Notes under the pieces: generated by a model
What the model saw: the letters and a program-made list of their open reading frames with translations, nothing else
Databases searched by the model: none
Told to the model about the DNA's origin: nothing
In this document: positions 17,648 through 28,011 of the stretch, piece by piece
Layout of the letters: each line of letters starts with the position of its first letter
How positions within the stretch are numbered: position 1 is the first letter of the stretch
DNA from: Myxococcota bacterium
Lineage (GTDB): Bacteria > Myxococcota_A > SURF-8
DNA: 64,000 bases
Assembly: GCA_965140415.1 (NCBI GenBank)
Contig: OZ223209.1
Span: 4,480,001-4,544,000, forward strand
Direction: 5' to 3'
Program-made: the position numbers and the translations under genes

Positions 17648-18769
17648 ATGAACGCCAAGAACTTGCTGTTTTCACTTATCGTTGCACTGCTTCTCCTTGC
17701 CTGCACGGACAAGGAACAAGACATCCAATACGACCTGACCGAGGGCTTCGTACAAATCAACGCTGGTGGCTTTTGGATGGGCAGCCCGGATTGTAAGGAT
17801 TGCCCGGAGGATTATCCTGGAGATTGCTTCAAGGGGGCTTGTGAGTACGAAGAATGTCGGTTTGATAGTGAAGTGTTACATTCTGTCCTCTTGACTGTCG
17901 ATTACGAAATGCAACAGCATGAAACGACTCAAGAAGAGTTCGAAGCATTGATGGGATATAATCCTGCAGCTTTCGGTCCCAGTGGAAAAAGCACTTGTAC
18001 AACGAACTGTCCTGTTGAAATGATTTCGCATTTTGACGCCATGGCCTATGCCAACGAGCTTTCTAAGAAAGCAGGTTTAACCCCGTGCTATGTACTAACA
18101 AACATCGATTGCTGGAATGCGGAGGAAACGCCAATTGAGGACCAGCTTTCCAGCCCTGACGACTACATGGTCTGTTGTCGAGGAAAAACCGTAATCAACA
18201 GAGCTATGGCTGCGTTGAATGGAATTGAACGTCCACAGGATTGTGAAGGCTACCGCCTGCCAACTGAAGCGGAATGGGAGTACGCCGCAAGAGCGGGAAC
18301 CTATATGGACAATTACGCAGAAAATGTTAATACCACCGATCCCGTTGATGGAGATGGGGTATCCATTCAAATTCCAGAGAATCCTGATTTGGATAGTATA
18401 GCCTGGCATATTGGAAATCAAGAGGATGGAAGAGTCACAACACATTCAGTCATGCAAAAAGAGCCAAACACCTGGAACTTGTACGACATGATAGGGAATG
18501 TAAGGGAATATACATACACAACGGTAGGTAGTTGCTTTTCAGAAACATCACTCAGTAGCCCCGATATTGATCCTTATCATTATGAAGAAACAGAGCTATG
18601 GGTGATAAGTAAAGGAGGAGATCATTTAAGCGAGCCATGTGAACTTCGTTCTGCTTTTCGCCCTGGAGTTCTGAATTGTTCCCAAAAAGAGAAAAATTAT
18701 CGAACTAAAAGTGTAGAAGTTGCAGGTTCTTTAAAAGTTGGCTTCCGCCTTGTCCGCAGTTTGAGGTGA
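17648..18769 (+). CDS. Lipoprotein with FGE-sulfatase (C-type lectin fold) domain; paralog of the C-terminal domain of 4383..7748
   Basis: Lipobox LLAC; FWMGSPD, YRLPTEAEWEYAARAG, LYDMIGNV, GFRLVRS motifs. Confidence 0.85.
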   Translation: MNAKNLLFSLIVALLLLACTDKEQDIQYDLTEGFVQINAGGFWMGSPDCKDCPEDYPGDCFKGACEYEECRFDSEVLHSVLLTVDYEMQQHETTQEEFEALMGYNPAAFGPSGKSTCTTNCPVEMISHFDAMAYANELSKKAGLTPCYVLTNIDCWNAEETPIEDQLSSPDDYMVCCRGKTVINRAMAALNGIERPQDCEGYRLPTEAEWEYAARAGTYMDNYAENVNTTDPVDGDGVSIQIPENPDLDSIAWHIGNQEDGRVTTHSVMQKEPNTWNLYDMIGNVREYTYTTVGSCFSETSLSSPDIDPYHYEETELWVISKGGDHLSEPCELRSAFRPGVLNCSQKEKNYRTKSVEVAGSLKVGFRLVRSLR

Positions 18770-18780
18770 GGTGAACCAGC

Positions 18781-19704
18781 TTATCCGATAAGCTTTTTAA
18801 GCATCGCGTCCATCGTCGTTTGATCGGGCGCACCGACTGCACCGCCTGCCTGGCGCACCGCCAGACCGCCGCAGATGTTGCCGCGCAGCAGGCATTCCTC
18901 CAGCGGACGCCCCTTCACCCAGCCGGATAAAAACCCGGCGTTAAAGCAATCCCCGGCCCCGGTCGTATCCACCACTTCGCTGTCGATGCCTTTTACCCGC
19001 AAAAGCTCGCCCTCTTGCAAGGTCAGCGAACCATGACCGCCATCTTTAATGACCGTCGGAGCAACGGCAGAAAGCGCGTGCAGCGCCTCTTCAACCTGTT
19101 CTTTGCCGCTGAGATAACGGGCTTCATCGGCGTTTGGCAGCAGCAGGTCCGCATGTCCCAGCGCCTGTTTGGCCGCTTCATCCTTCACTGACGCCCAGGC
19201 CAGATGTGGGTCGATGGCGACCTTCACGCCGCGCTCACGAGCTTTTTCCAATAAGCCCAACAATTCCGGATATTTAGGCATACAGGCAACCAGCAGCGTG
19301 TGGCAGAATTCGGCGTCGAGTAACTGTTCTGGGAAAGTATGCTCCGACGGACGGTCGACGTAAGACACAAACGCGCGATCCTGGGGAAAGCTCATCGAAA
19401 CCGTCACCGCGCGGGCATCGCCCTGCACCCGGTTCATATACGAGGTATCCACCCCCACCGCTTCCAATTCTTTAAGCAGGTAGCGGGAAATCCAGTCGGT
19501 GCCGGTCTGCGCGACCAGAGCGACGTTCAGGCCCAGTTTGGCCAGCGCACAGGAAGAATTGTAAATACCGCCCGGCTCGATCTGGAAACCGGAGGCGAAA
19601 ATCTCTTTTCCCAGTTCGGGCAGCCTGGGCAGGCCGGTGAAAATCAGGTCCAGAAACACGGCCCCCGGCTCGAAAAGCACCACATCGTAGCGCGGCCTGC
19701 TCAT
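18781..19704 (-). CDS. PfkB-family carbohydrate kinase
   Basis: DTTGAGDCFNAGF signature; PNADE. Confidence 0.92.
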   Translation of the reverse strand: MSRPRYDVVLFEPGAVFLDLIFTGLPRLPELGKEIFASGFQIEPGGIYNSSCALAKLGLNVALVAQTGTDWISRYLLKELEAVGVDTSYMNRVQGDARAVTVSMSFPQDRAFVSYVDRPSEHTFPEQLLDAEFCHTLLVACMPKYPELLGLLEKARERGVKVAIDPHLAWASVKDEAAKQALGHADLLLPNADEARYLSGKEQVEEALHALSAVAPTVIKDGGHGSLTLQEGELLRVKGIDSEVVDTTGAGDCFNAGFLSGWVKGRPLEECLLRGNICGGLAVRQAGGAVGAPDQTTMDAMLKKLIG

Positions 19705-21041
19705 GTCCAGTTCTCGAAGTAGCGCGGAGCCGCTTTGGCGAAGGAATCGAAGAGCATCGCCGCTTCCTCGCGGCCTTCAACCAGTGGATTGAAAGCCAGC
19801 GCCTCGATAGCCCCTTCGCGCGAACGATCCAGAATCGCCCGCACCCCGGCGGATTCATAGCGCTTGACCTTGCTGATCAGCTCCACAGCCGCTTCAGGCA
19901 GCGTACCCGACCAATTCGGTGCATAGCGACCTGCACCCACCGCGCAACTGATTTCGACCACCGCGCGGTCATCCAGGAAGGGCAACGCGCCATTATTTAC
20001 AGCACACAGCGTATGCCGCACCGGCGTCTGGCTGTTGACGGCTTGCAGGAAGTCCAGCGCCACTCCGGCGTAACCTTCTTCCTCGTTGGTGGGCAGATAG
20101 CGATCCTCGCTGCGCGCGTAGTCCATGTAGCTTTCGTTACGCTGACGCTGATAGGCGAAGTAGGCATCCAGCCCCAGCTGGATCTGGTCCTGCGTCAACA
20201 TGGCTTCCAGCCTCAACAGCAGATCCTCGTTCCACTCCACGATCAACTCACCGCGACACTTTTCTTCCTCTACCATGGCTTTTAGCGCCTGCTCGGGCAG
20301 GAAGAAGTAATAGAGGTATTCATTGAGATAGGCGTTCAAATCGCCGATCAGGCTTGCAGGAAAGACCGGCATAGCCTTCTTCAAAAAAGTTGCATCCGCC
20401 AGCAGTTGCCCCAGCTTTTCCTGTCCTTCATGTTGAATCGATGTCGTAAAGGAAAGGTGATTCAATCCCGCCACCTGGGTCGTAACCGACATGCGCTCCA
20501 CACCCAGATAGTCCGAGGCATAGGTACGCGCCGTATCCGCCGAATCGCAGATTCCCACCACCCGGTCAAAACCGGCTTCGTTCATCGCTTCGGTCACGAT
20601 ACCGGCGGGATTGGTAAAGTTGATCAACCAGGCATCCGGGCTGATATCGAAGATATCGCGGGCGTAATTCACCAGCACAGGCACCGAACGACAGGCAAAG
20701 GCAAACCCGGCAGGACCGGTCGTTTCCTGGCCGATTACGTTGTAATCCAGGCAGATACGCTCGTCGATGGCGCGGCCTTTCTCGAAACCTTCGCGAATGG
20801 TCGTGATGACCGCCGCCGCTCCGCGCGCCGCCTCTTTGATGTCATTGGCAACCGTCAGCTTGAAGGGTCGCCCGACCTGCTCCAACAGCGACTCGGACAG
20901 GGGCATCATCAAACGGATCTTGCGCTTGTCGATGTCGTAAATGCTGACTTCGGAAATATCCAGTTCGCGCGCGCGTTTAGCCAGACTTCCAATCAACAGG
21001 GGCGCTCGCACCCCCGCTCCTCCGATGACCGCCAGTTTCAT
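19701..21041 (-). CDS. Glycoside hydrolase family 4 (6-phospho-beta-glucosidase-like)
   Basis: IGGAG, GQETTGPAG, NFTNPAG, GICD, GLNH motifs. Confidence 0.9.
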   Translation of the reverse strand: MKLAVIGGAGVRAPLLIGSLAKRARELDISEVSIYDIDKRKIRLMMPLSESLLEQVGRPFKLTVANDIKEAARGAAAVITTIREGFEKGRAIDERICLDYNVIGQETTGPAGFAFACRSVPVLVNYARDIFDISPDAWLINFTNPAGIVTEAMNEAGFDRVVGICDSADTARTYASDYLGVERMSVTTQVAGLNHLSFTTSIQHEGQEKLGQLLADATFLKKAMPVFPASLIGDLNAYLNEYLYYFFLPEQALKAMVEEEKCRGELIVEWNEDLLLRLEAMLTQDQIQLGLDAYFAYQRQRNESYMDYARSEDRYLPTNEEEGYAGVALDFLQAVNSQTPVRHTLCAVNNGALPFLDDRAVVEISCAVGAGRYAPNWSGTLPEAAVELISKVKRYESAGVRAILDRSREGAIEALAFNPLVEGREEAAMLFDSFAKAAPRYFENWT

Positions 21042-21157
21042 ACTACGCCTCTCCCTCATTCACGCCGCTTGCGTCTTCACCGCCGCAGCACCGAAAATCT
21101 GTAAAAAAGCTGCCCTGCCTCCTGGCCACCTGCGCCGGGCAAGACCGTAACAATCGA

Positions 21158-22348
21158 TTATAGTTCGGATTTCAACTGAATGATTTTTTCCAACTCGGAT
21201 TTCGTCAACGCACCCTTGACCAGTTCGTCCCGACCGATCAACAAGGTCGGCGTTCCCGGGATTTCCAGGTCGATGGCTTCTTTCAAATCCTGCTGCAAGG
21301 TTTTTCTGGCCACAGACCCATTCAGGCAATCCTGCATGCGCTTCTCATCCAAACCCACTTCCGCTACACTCCAGGGGAAGAATTCCGTTCCGATTTTGCT
21401 CTGGTTGTGCAGCAGGAAGTTGTGATATTCCAGGCCTTTACCCTGCTGATCGGCACAGATGGCGAACATCGATGCCTGACAGGCATGCGAATGGAAGGGA
21501 CGCGGCACCATGGGATTGCAGGCCTGATCGAGCGGGAAATCCTTGCGGATCACTTTAAGCTGCTGATATTTCTTCACCAATTCTTCCAGCATCAAATCCA
21601 TTTTCAGGCAGAAGGGGCATTGGTAGTCGGAAAACACCACAATGACGACCTTGCCATTCGGGTTGCCGATGATGCGGCCTTCAAGCGAAACCGGCTTGGA
21701 GATTTTCTCCAGTTTCTGCATGACTTCTTCCAGCGCCTTCATCTTGGCCTGATGCTCGCGAACCGCACCGATGGTGAACATCGAAACAATCGCCGCCAAC
21801 ACAACCACTGCCGCTAAAAGCCGCTTCCAGCCCCCGAAAATCCATTTTACATCGGATATCAATGCTGAAACATGGCCGGTCGGCGACAGGTCGCAGGCAA
21901 GCCAGGAAAAGAGAAAGAAGAAGAAATTCACGATATACAGCGCCATGCACATGATGCACCAGGTGCCGATTTCCGCATAGCAGATCCAGGCCAGATACAG
22001 GGAATACATCAGGCTGAAGGTACCCATCCAGGCCAGGTAAACCCCGGCATGCGGCAGCTTTTCCCTAAAGCGGCTTAGCCGCAATCCAACGAGCAACGCA
22101 CAGAACAGGTAGGTCAATGTTCCCAAAACGGCAATGGGAATCCCGAACAAAGTCGCCCAGGGACTGACCGACACGGCGTCGCAGTTCAATGTTTCGTTGA
22201 TGTTGCAGAAACTCTGGTATTCATCGCCGGAAGTCGTGACCTTGAAGTGGATATAACTCAGATCGACCGCAACTCCAATCCCCGTTAATAAGATCAGCAG
22301 TAAAATCACCAGAACTATACGCGAGGTCTTTTTCATCCGTTCTTTCAT
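21158..22348 (-). CDS. VKOR family - DsbA/thioredoxin fusion
   Basis: TM domain with loop Cys pair and CIMC; C-terminal FSDYQCPFC and GTPT. Confidence 0.88.
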   Translation of the reverse strand: MKERMKKTSRIVLVILLLILLTGIGVAVDLSYIHFKVTTSGDEYQSFCNINETLNCDAVSVSPWATLFGIPIAVLGTLTYLFCALLVGLRLSRFREKLPHAGVYLAWMGTFSLMYSLYLAWICYAEIGTWCIMCMALYIVNFFFFLFSWLACDLSPTGHVSALISDVKWIFGGWKRLLAAVVVLAAIVSMFTIGAVREHQAKMKALEEVMQKLEKISKPVSLEGRIIGNPNGKVVIVVFSDYQCPFCLKMDLMLEELVKKYQQLKVIRKDFPLDQACNPMVPRPFHSHACQASMFAICADQQGKGLEYHNFLLHNQSKIGTEFFPWSVAEVGLDEKRMQDCLNGSVARKTLQQDLKEAIDLEIPGTPTLLIGRDELVKGALTKSELEKIIQLKSEL

Positions 22349-22660
22349 CCTGCAGGCGTAACAGCAAGACGATCAGCCGGGGCGCCGAAATCTTCTCGAC
22401 CAACCGATGACCACAACTCTCAGCAACATGTATTTCGGAGTAAATCCAAGCTGTTGTGCACAATGTAGCAAAACGACGACCGGATATCCTCCAAAAGGAA
22501 AAACGTGGTTATGATACTCGAATCCGCCGCTCTGTCAACCGATTAAACCGCGCAGAATACGATTCTATTCCAACATATAAAAAAAAGACTTGCATTCCTT
22601 AAAACGGTATGATAAACAGCGCGCTCGACAATGTGTGAGGCCTCTGTTTAGGAGCGAACC

Positions 22661-23047
22661 ATGACTGAAGAGAAAAAAGCCGCAAGAAAGACCCCGACCC
22701 AGATCATGAAAGATCTGTATGGCAGCAAGAAATCGCTGGTTTCCACGCTGGCCGGTCGTTTGGAACGCCGCGAGAAAGAAAGCAAGGGCGACTTCGAAAA
22801 ACGCCTGATGAAAGTTCCCGCCCAGAAATTGATGCGCCTGATGAAGCGCGCCGAGCAGATCGACGCCGCCGGTGGTCGCAACGGAATGGTGGACACCATC
22901 CACGATTTCGTCGTACGCGCGAAAACCAAAAAAGCCGACATCAAGGAAGACATCAATTACAAGAAACACCTGGCGGCCAAAACTGCCGGTGACTTGCTGG
23001 ATCGTTATCGGAGCATTCAGCGTAAGGTGCGTTCCCAGTCCAAGTAA
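22661..23047 (+). CDS. Small basic hypothetical protein
   Basis: 128 aa, Lys/Arg-rich; AGGAG RBS; followed by a terminator. Confidence 0.7.
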   Translation: MTEEKKAARKTPTQIMKDLYGSKKSLVSTLAGRLERREKESKGDFEKRLMKVPAQKLMRLMKRAEQIDAAGGRNGMVDTIHDFVVRAKTKKADIKEDINYKKHLAAKTAGDLLDRYRSIQRKVRSQSK

Positions 23048-23073
23048 GCGACCTGTTGCGTTAGCGCATATTC

Positions 23074-23106
23074 GCCCGGTTTCGCGTTTGCGATACCGGG
23101 CTTTTT
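23074..23106 (+). terminator. Rho-independent terminator
   Basis: GCCCGGT...ACCGGGC stem followed by TTTTT. Confidence 0.65.
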
Positions 23107-23119
23107 GCGTGGTTCCCTC

Positions 23120-24253
23120 CTACAAATCGCTACCCTCTTCCAATTTCACGAAAGGTTGCATGCCGCTGGAAAGCTCGACCTTCGAGGAGCGCTCCATCAG
23201 CACGGCTTCCGCGCCGCTTTGCCGCTCGATCAGCGCCAGGCCTTTTTGTGTACCGAGAATGAACGCGGCATAGGCCAGCGCCTTGGCAGCCAATGGATCG
23301 TTTTCCAATACCGCAATACTGCTCACATTCTGCGCCGGAACGCCGTCTAGCGGATTCAGGTAAGGGTGAAAATGCACGCCATCTTTGACGAATCCGATGG
23401 AATAGCGATTGGCGGTCATTACCGCACGTCCTTTGGGGGTGACGATGGCGAAATGGGCCAGCGCATTTTTTGGATGCGGCAGGCTGAGCTTCCAGTCGGG
23501 ACCGTTGCGCGTTCCCCGGCTGATATTATCCGCTCCGAAAAAGACGAAATAGTCTGTATATTCAGCCTCATTCAACCTCCGCTGCGCCTCGCGAAGCACC
23601 ACGGCGGATAAGATGAGGTCCAGATCCAGGCCCATGCCTTTTTCCGGCAGATACACGCTTTTCTGCTCGATATTCATTTGGATTTTTTCCGCGCCGACCA
23701 ACGAAGCGCGCGCCAATAAATCCTTTGGTTCGGGAATCACCGGCTTGGTTCGCTCGAAACTCCATTGATCGTAATAGGGTTTCAAGGTCACATCGAAGGC
23801 CCCGTCGGTCTGCTTCGATAATTCGATGCATTGCTGCAATAGCGCGAATACGTCATCGGAAACCTTGACCGGCGTTGTTCCTGCTTGCCGATTGATAGCT
23901 GCCAATTCGCTTTTCTCGCCTTCACTCGCCAGCCGCGCTTTCCAGTCGTCCACGCTTTTATAAAGCTCGTGAACCACCCCATCCAGTTTCGTGACTTGCG
24001 ACGTCACAACCTGGATGCGCAAAAGGGTGCCATCGAAGCGCTTGCTACGTTCGACCAGACGCACGGGGCTTTGTTTTTCGGTTTCTCCAACTTTCTGCAT
24101 TACGCGATCCACTACGCGCTGCTGGCGCTCTTCCGCGTTTTCCCAAGGTGAATACAGAATGAGCAAAGCGGCCAGCGTTCCGAATAAAAACAGCACCGCT
24201 CCGATTTTACTTTTCGGCGGTTTGCGATCACTTAAATATTGGCGTCGGCTCAT
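23120..24253 (-). CDS. apbE: FAD:protein FMN transferase (ApbE family)
   Basis: SELAAIN, TDGAFDVT, W.F, HPYLNP..G.P motifs; N-terminal membrane anchor; some catalytic motifs look diverged. Confidence 0.75.
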   Translation of the reverse strand: MSRRQYLSDRKPPKSKIGAVLFLFGTLAALLILYSPWENAEERQQRVVDRVMQKVGETEKQSPVRLVERSKRFDGTLLRIQVVTSQVTKLDGVVHELYKSVDDWKARLASEGEKSELAAINRQAGTTPVKVSDDVFALLQQCIELSKQTDGAFDVTLKPYYDQWSFERTKPVIPEPKDLLARASLVGAEKIQMNIEQKSVYLPEKGMGLDLDLILSAVVLREAQRRLNEAEYTDYFVFFGADNISRGTRNGPDWKLSLPHPKNALAHFAIVTPKGRAVMTANRYSIGFVKDGVHFHPYLNPLDGVPAQNVSSIAVLENDPLAAKALAYAAFILGTQKGLALIERQSGAEAVLMERSSKVELSSGMQPFVKLEEGSDL

Positions 24254-24623
24254 CCCTTCACTCCCTTGCTGGAGACATCTAAACGCTTGCAGGCTTACCA
24301 CACCGAGAAGAAATTGTAAATATCGACGAGAAGGAGTTTTGCATGGTGGCTTTGGAAAAATTCGTCAGATCCGTCTGACCGCAAAAGACCGAAGATGACC
24401 GGTAAACAAACAGTAAACGACCACTAACTGACACTACCAGACCGATGCACTTCCACGCAGCATGAGGCAGCGTGAGATCACAGCAGGCAACAACAGGCAG
24501 CATGAGCGACTGGTCAACAGGTCGTGACGGTTCCGTAGTGCGTTTTAGTGCTTACTCCTGTGTAAAAACGCCTTGTAACCGGAATTGGCAGAGTATAAAT
24601 TTCCCCTGCCTACCCATAATTTT

Positions 24624-24653
24624 TTAGACGAAAATTAGACGATTATTAGACGA
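24624..24653. repeat. Three TTAGACGA direct repeats with 11-bp period
   Basis: Copies at 24624, 24635 and 24646. Confidence 0.7.
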
Positions 24654-24682
24654 ATAACAAGCAAAAATGGCGATGCCCCGCG

Positions 24683-24738
24683 ATGGATCAGAATTTTATC
24701 CTGATCCAAAACGTTACGCGCAGGAACCAATCCCGCAC
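24683..24738. repeat. REP-like double palindrome, family shared with 40229-40284
   Basis: ATCCTGATCCAAAACGTTACGCGCAGGA aligns with ATCCTGATCCGAAATATTACGTGCGGGA at ~40239. Confidence 0.6.
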
Positions 24739-24739
24739 G

Positions 24740-24773
24740 AAAAAACGGGGAGCCGTTTGGTGGCTCCCCGTTT
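24740..24773 (-). terminator. Rho-independent terminator of the acyl-CoA operon
   Basis: AAACGGGGAGCC-loop-GGCTCCCCGTTT with an A-run on the + strand (U-tract on minus). Confidence 0.75.
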
Positions 24774-24808
24774 CTAAAACGAAGATTCAACTGATAAGAA
24801 TCGAGATC

Positions 24809-25849
24809 TTAGCCCTTGCGAATGGCTTCGAGATCCACATGCTTCTCGATCAGTTCTTCCATATGCTTGATACGCTCCACGCCTTTGGCAGTCAATAGCG
24901 GATGCAGGCGATTGACGGTCATGGCAGCGGAATACGTATCCTGCTGGGTCAGCAATAACGGCATGTCGCGTTCTTTGAACTTGCTGATGATGTTTGGCGG
25001 AGGCAGAATGTTGTTGGTCAACAACACCGCCGCGGCATCGCTGTCCAAAGCCGCCAGCAGCATGTCGGCGCGGTCGCCCGCCGTGATGATCATGCGATCT
25101 TCTTTCTGGAACAACGGATGCCGCATGGCCGCATCGGCGCTCATCGCACCAACGAATACCGTCTTCACGATGCGATCCAGGTTGTCGCCGCCGCTCAACA
25201 CCTTGGCCATCAGTTTTTCGACCAGGAAGTCCAGCTTGAAGCGTTTGAAATCGATCTCGTAAGGAATCACGCCCAGCACCGGGATTTCCAGTTTCTGGAA
25301 CTCGGGCAAATAGATTTCCTTGAAATCGTCGATATTGGGAACCTTGTTGATGATCACGCCCATCAGGTCCAGGCCCAGGTTATCGACCCAGGTTTTCAGC
25401 ATGAACGAATCGTCCAGAATGGAGGCTTCGTCACCGCTGATCACGACCAGCAGTTTCGCGCCCATGCTCTTGGTGATACTGATGGGGTCCATGTTGACCG
25501 AACAGCCATAGGAAAAGTCCTTGCCCGCTTCCACGAACAGCATGTCCTTATCCGTCTCCAGATGACCGGCCATTTCGTTCAGTTTGGCGTTCAGGGTTTC
25601 TTCGGTAAACATGTAACGCAGTTTCTGCTGCTCGAAACCGATCGTGATGGAACTGGCGTCCTCTTCGATGCCGAACAACGACACCATCAGGGCTGCGTCA
25701 TGGTCCCAAAGCTGCTTTTTCTTGTACAGCAATCGGTCCCCGAAGGGTTTCATGTAGCCGATTTTTCCGCCGAGCTTTTTGCCCAGGCCAACAATAACAC
25801 TCGTTTTACCACTGTTTCGTCTGATTGAGGCGACTACGATACGATTCAT
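24809..25849 (-). CDS. BioD-like P-loop + DRTGG domain protein (phosphotransacetylase N-terminal-like)
   Basis: SGKT, YMKPFG, VGAM, IITAGDRAD motifs; ATG 25849 just after the ligase stop. Confidence 0.85.
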   Translation of the reverse strand: MNRIVVASIRRNSGKTSVIVGLGKKLGGKIGYMKPFGDRLLYKKKQLWDHDAALMVSLFGIEEDASSITIGFEQQKLRYMFTEETLNAKLNEMAGHLETDKDMLFVEAGKDFSYGCSVNMDPISITKSMGAKLLVVISGDEASILDDSFMLKTWVDNLGLDLMGVIINKVPNIDDFKEIYLPEFQKLEIPVLGVIPYEIDFKRFKLDFLVEKLMAKVLSGGDNLDRIVKTVFVGAMSADAAMRHPLFQKEDRMIITAGDRADMLLAALDSDAAAVLLTNNILPPPNIISKFKERDMPLLLTQQDTYSAAMTVNRLHPLLTAKGVERIKHMEELIEKHVDLEAIRKG

Positions 25850-25854
25850 GGTCG

Positions 25855-28008
25855 TTACTCCTTCGGATTGGAAATGAGAATCCTGGCATCCAGCGCTAAA
25901 CAACCTTCGCCACGTTCATAAGCAACCAAGGGATTGATCTCGATGTCCGTGATCGACGGGCAACGCTGAATCAATTCCCCAACTTTCAACACAGTCTGGA
26001 TGACCGTTTCGATGTCCTTGGCTTTCTCACCACGAACGCCCAGCAGCAGCGGATAGGAACGAATCTCATGAATCATTTCCGCCGCTTCGCGTGTGGTGAT
26101 GGGCAGACTGCGGAAGGAGACGTCTTTCATGACTTCCACGTAAATGCCGCCCAGACCGAACATGATGATCGGTCCATATACTTTGTCTCGACGCGCCCCG
26201 ATGATCGTCTCCACGCCGGGTTCGACCATCTTGGACACTTCCATACCCGCGATGTTGGCATTCTCGTTGTACTTGCGGCAGTTGTGAATGATCGCCTGAT
26301 AGGCATCCATCACTTCTTCCTTGTTCAACAGATCCAGCGCCACACCACCGGCATCGCTCTTATGCAGAATATCCTTACTGACGATTTTCAGCACGACCGG
26401 ATAGCCGATTTCCTCTGCGGCATCGACAGCCTGGCCCATGCTCTTGGCAATACGAGCCTGCGGAATCGGAATTCCAGCCGCTCCCATAACCGCCTGAGCT
26501 TCGGCAGCCAAAAGGAAACTGCGACCGTCTTGCATCGCTTTTTTAGCCACGCCTTCGATCGTCTCGACATCGATTTCGATCTCGGCCAGCTTTTCGGCGC
26601 AATTACCTTCCAAGTCGCGTTTGTGCGCCTTGCGGTAACGATGGGAGAAATACAGCGCACCCAAGGCACTGACGGTTTCATCCACGTCGCCGATAACCGG
26701 AACGCCGCGCTTGCGCAACTCGGTGGAGTAATGCTCCAACTTCTCGCCACCGAACAGCGTGAACGCGATCGGCTTCTCGCTCTGATACTCCTTGAACTTG
26801 CGCTCCAAAACGGCAGCCAGTTTATCTTCGGCCATCGTTGCGGTTTCGCAATACAGAGACAGCACCGAGTGGATGTCGTCCATCTTCAATGCCGCCGTCA
26901 GAGCTTTGTCGTAAACCACTTCCGAGGCGCCACCGGTGATATCTACCGGGTTCTTGAAAGAACCGTATTCCGGAGCGGCGTCTTTGAAGTTCTTTTCCAG
27001 ATGTTCCATGTCGTCGTAGAGCGTGACATCGAACTTCTCGCAGGCGTCGGTCGCCAGAACGCCGATACCACCACCATTGGTGATGATGACGCAGTTGTCG
27101 CCCTTGGGTTCCGGGGAGTTGACCATGAAGGTTCCCCACTTGAACGCCTCGCTGATGGAATTGGCGCGCAACACACCGCATTGCCGCATGATCGCATCGA
27201 AGATTTCATCCGAGCCCGCCAGAGAGCCTGTGTGCGACGCAACCGCCACCGCACCGCGCTTGGAACGACCGGACTTGATGACGATGCAGGGCTTGACCGC
27301 CGTGGCTTTTCGCAGCACGTCGATAAACCGAACGCCGTCTTTGACGCCTTCGATGTACATCAAGATGATTTTGGTGTGTGGATCGTCAATCAGGTATTCA
27401 ATCAGATCCGCTTCATCGACATCGCTTTTGTTACCGACCGAAACGATGGCGCTTAAGCCGATGTTTTCGGCAGCGGTCTTTCCGATCATGGCGATACCGA
27501 TTGCGCCGCTCTGGGTGATGATCGCGATGTTGCCCGGCGAAATGTTGCCGCTGGCGAATGTCGCGTTCATATCCGAAACGCGCGAGTAGATACCGAAAAT
27601 GTTCGGTCCGAGCACGCGGCAGCCACGCTTTTTAGCGTATTCTGCGATTTTGTGCTCTTCTTCCGTGTTGCCGACCTCGCTGAAACCGGAGGTGATAATG
27701 GCAACGTTTTTCACGCCGTTGTCGGCGCATTCCTTGACCGAATCGAACACGAACGGCGCGGGAACGGTAATGCAGGCCAGATCGACCGGCTGGTCGATAT
27801 CCTTGATGCTTTTAACCGCTTCGCGATGATACACCACACCACCTTTCGGGTTGACCGGGTAAACCCCGCCCTTGTAACCCTGGCTGACGATGTTTTGTAC
27901 GACTCGGTAACCGATTTTGACCGGGTTGGTGCTGGCACCAATCACGGCCACGTTTCTGGGTTCGAACAGGTACTTGATATTTTCCGCTTGGTTTGGTTTG
28001 CTTGACAT
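25855..28008 (-). CDS. Acetate/acyl-CoA ligase (ADP-forming), fused alpha-beta
   Basis: VIGAS, GPN, SHTGSLAG phospho-His, NPVD, HKSDAGGV, GLGGIYVE, EINPL motifs. Confidence 0.92.
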   Translation of the reverse strand: MSSKPNQAENIKYLFEPRNVAVIGASTNPVKIGYRVVQNIVSQGYKGGVYPVNPKGGVVYHREAVKSIKDIDQPVDLACITVPAPFVFDSVKECADNGVKNVAIITSGFSEVGNTEEEHKIAEYAKKRGCRVLGPNIFGIYSRVSDMNATFASGNISPGNIAIITQSGAIGIAMIGKTAAENIGLSAIVSVGNKSDVDEADLIEYLIDDPHTKIILMYIEGVKDGVRFIDVLRKATAVKPCIVIKSGRSKRGAVAVASHTGSLAGSDEIFDAIMRQCGVLRANSISEAFKWGTFMVNSPEPKGDNCVIITNGGGIGVLATDACEKFDVTLYDDMEHLEKNFKDAAPEYGSFKNPVDITGGASEVVYDKALTAALKMDDIHSVLSLYCETATMAEDKLAAVLERKFKEYQSEKPIAFTLFGGEKLEHYSTELRKRGVPVIGDVDETVSALGALYFSHRYRKAHKRDLEGNCAEKLAEIEIDVETIEGVAKKAMQDGRSFLLAAEAQAVMGAAGIPIPQARIAKSMGQAVDAAEEIGYPVVLKIVSKDILHKSDAGGVALDLLNKEEVMDAYQAIIHNCRKYNENANIAGMEVSKMVEPGVETIIGARRDKVYGPIIMFGLGGIYVEVMKDVSFRSLPITTREAAEMIHEIRSYPLLLGVRGEKAKDIETVIQTVLKVGELIQRCPSITDIEINPLVAYERGEGCLALDARILISNPKE

Positions 28009-28011
28009 AAC

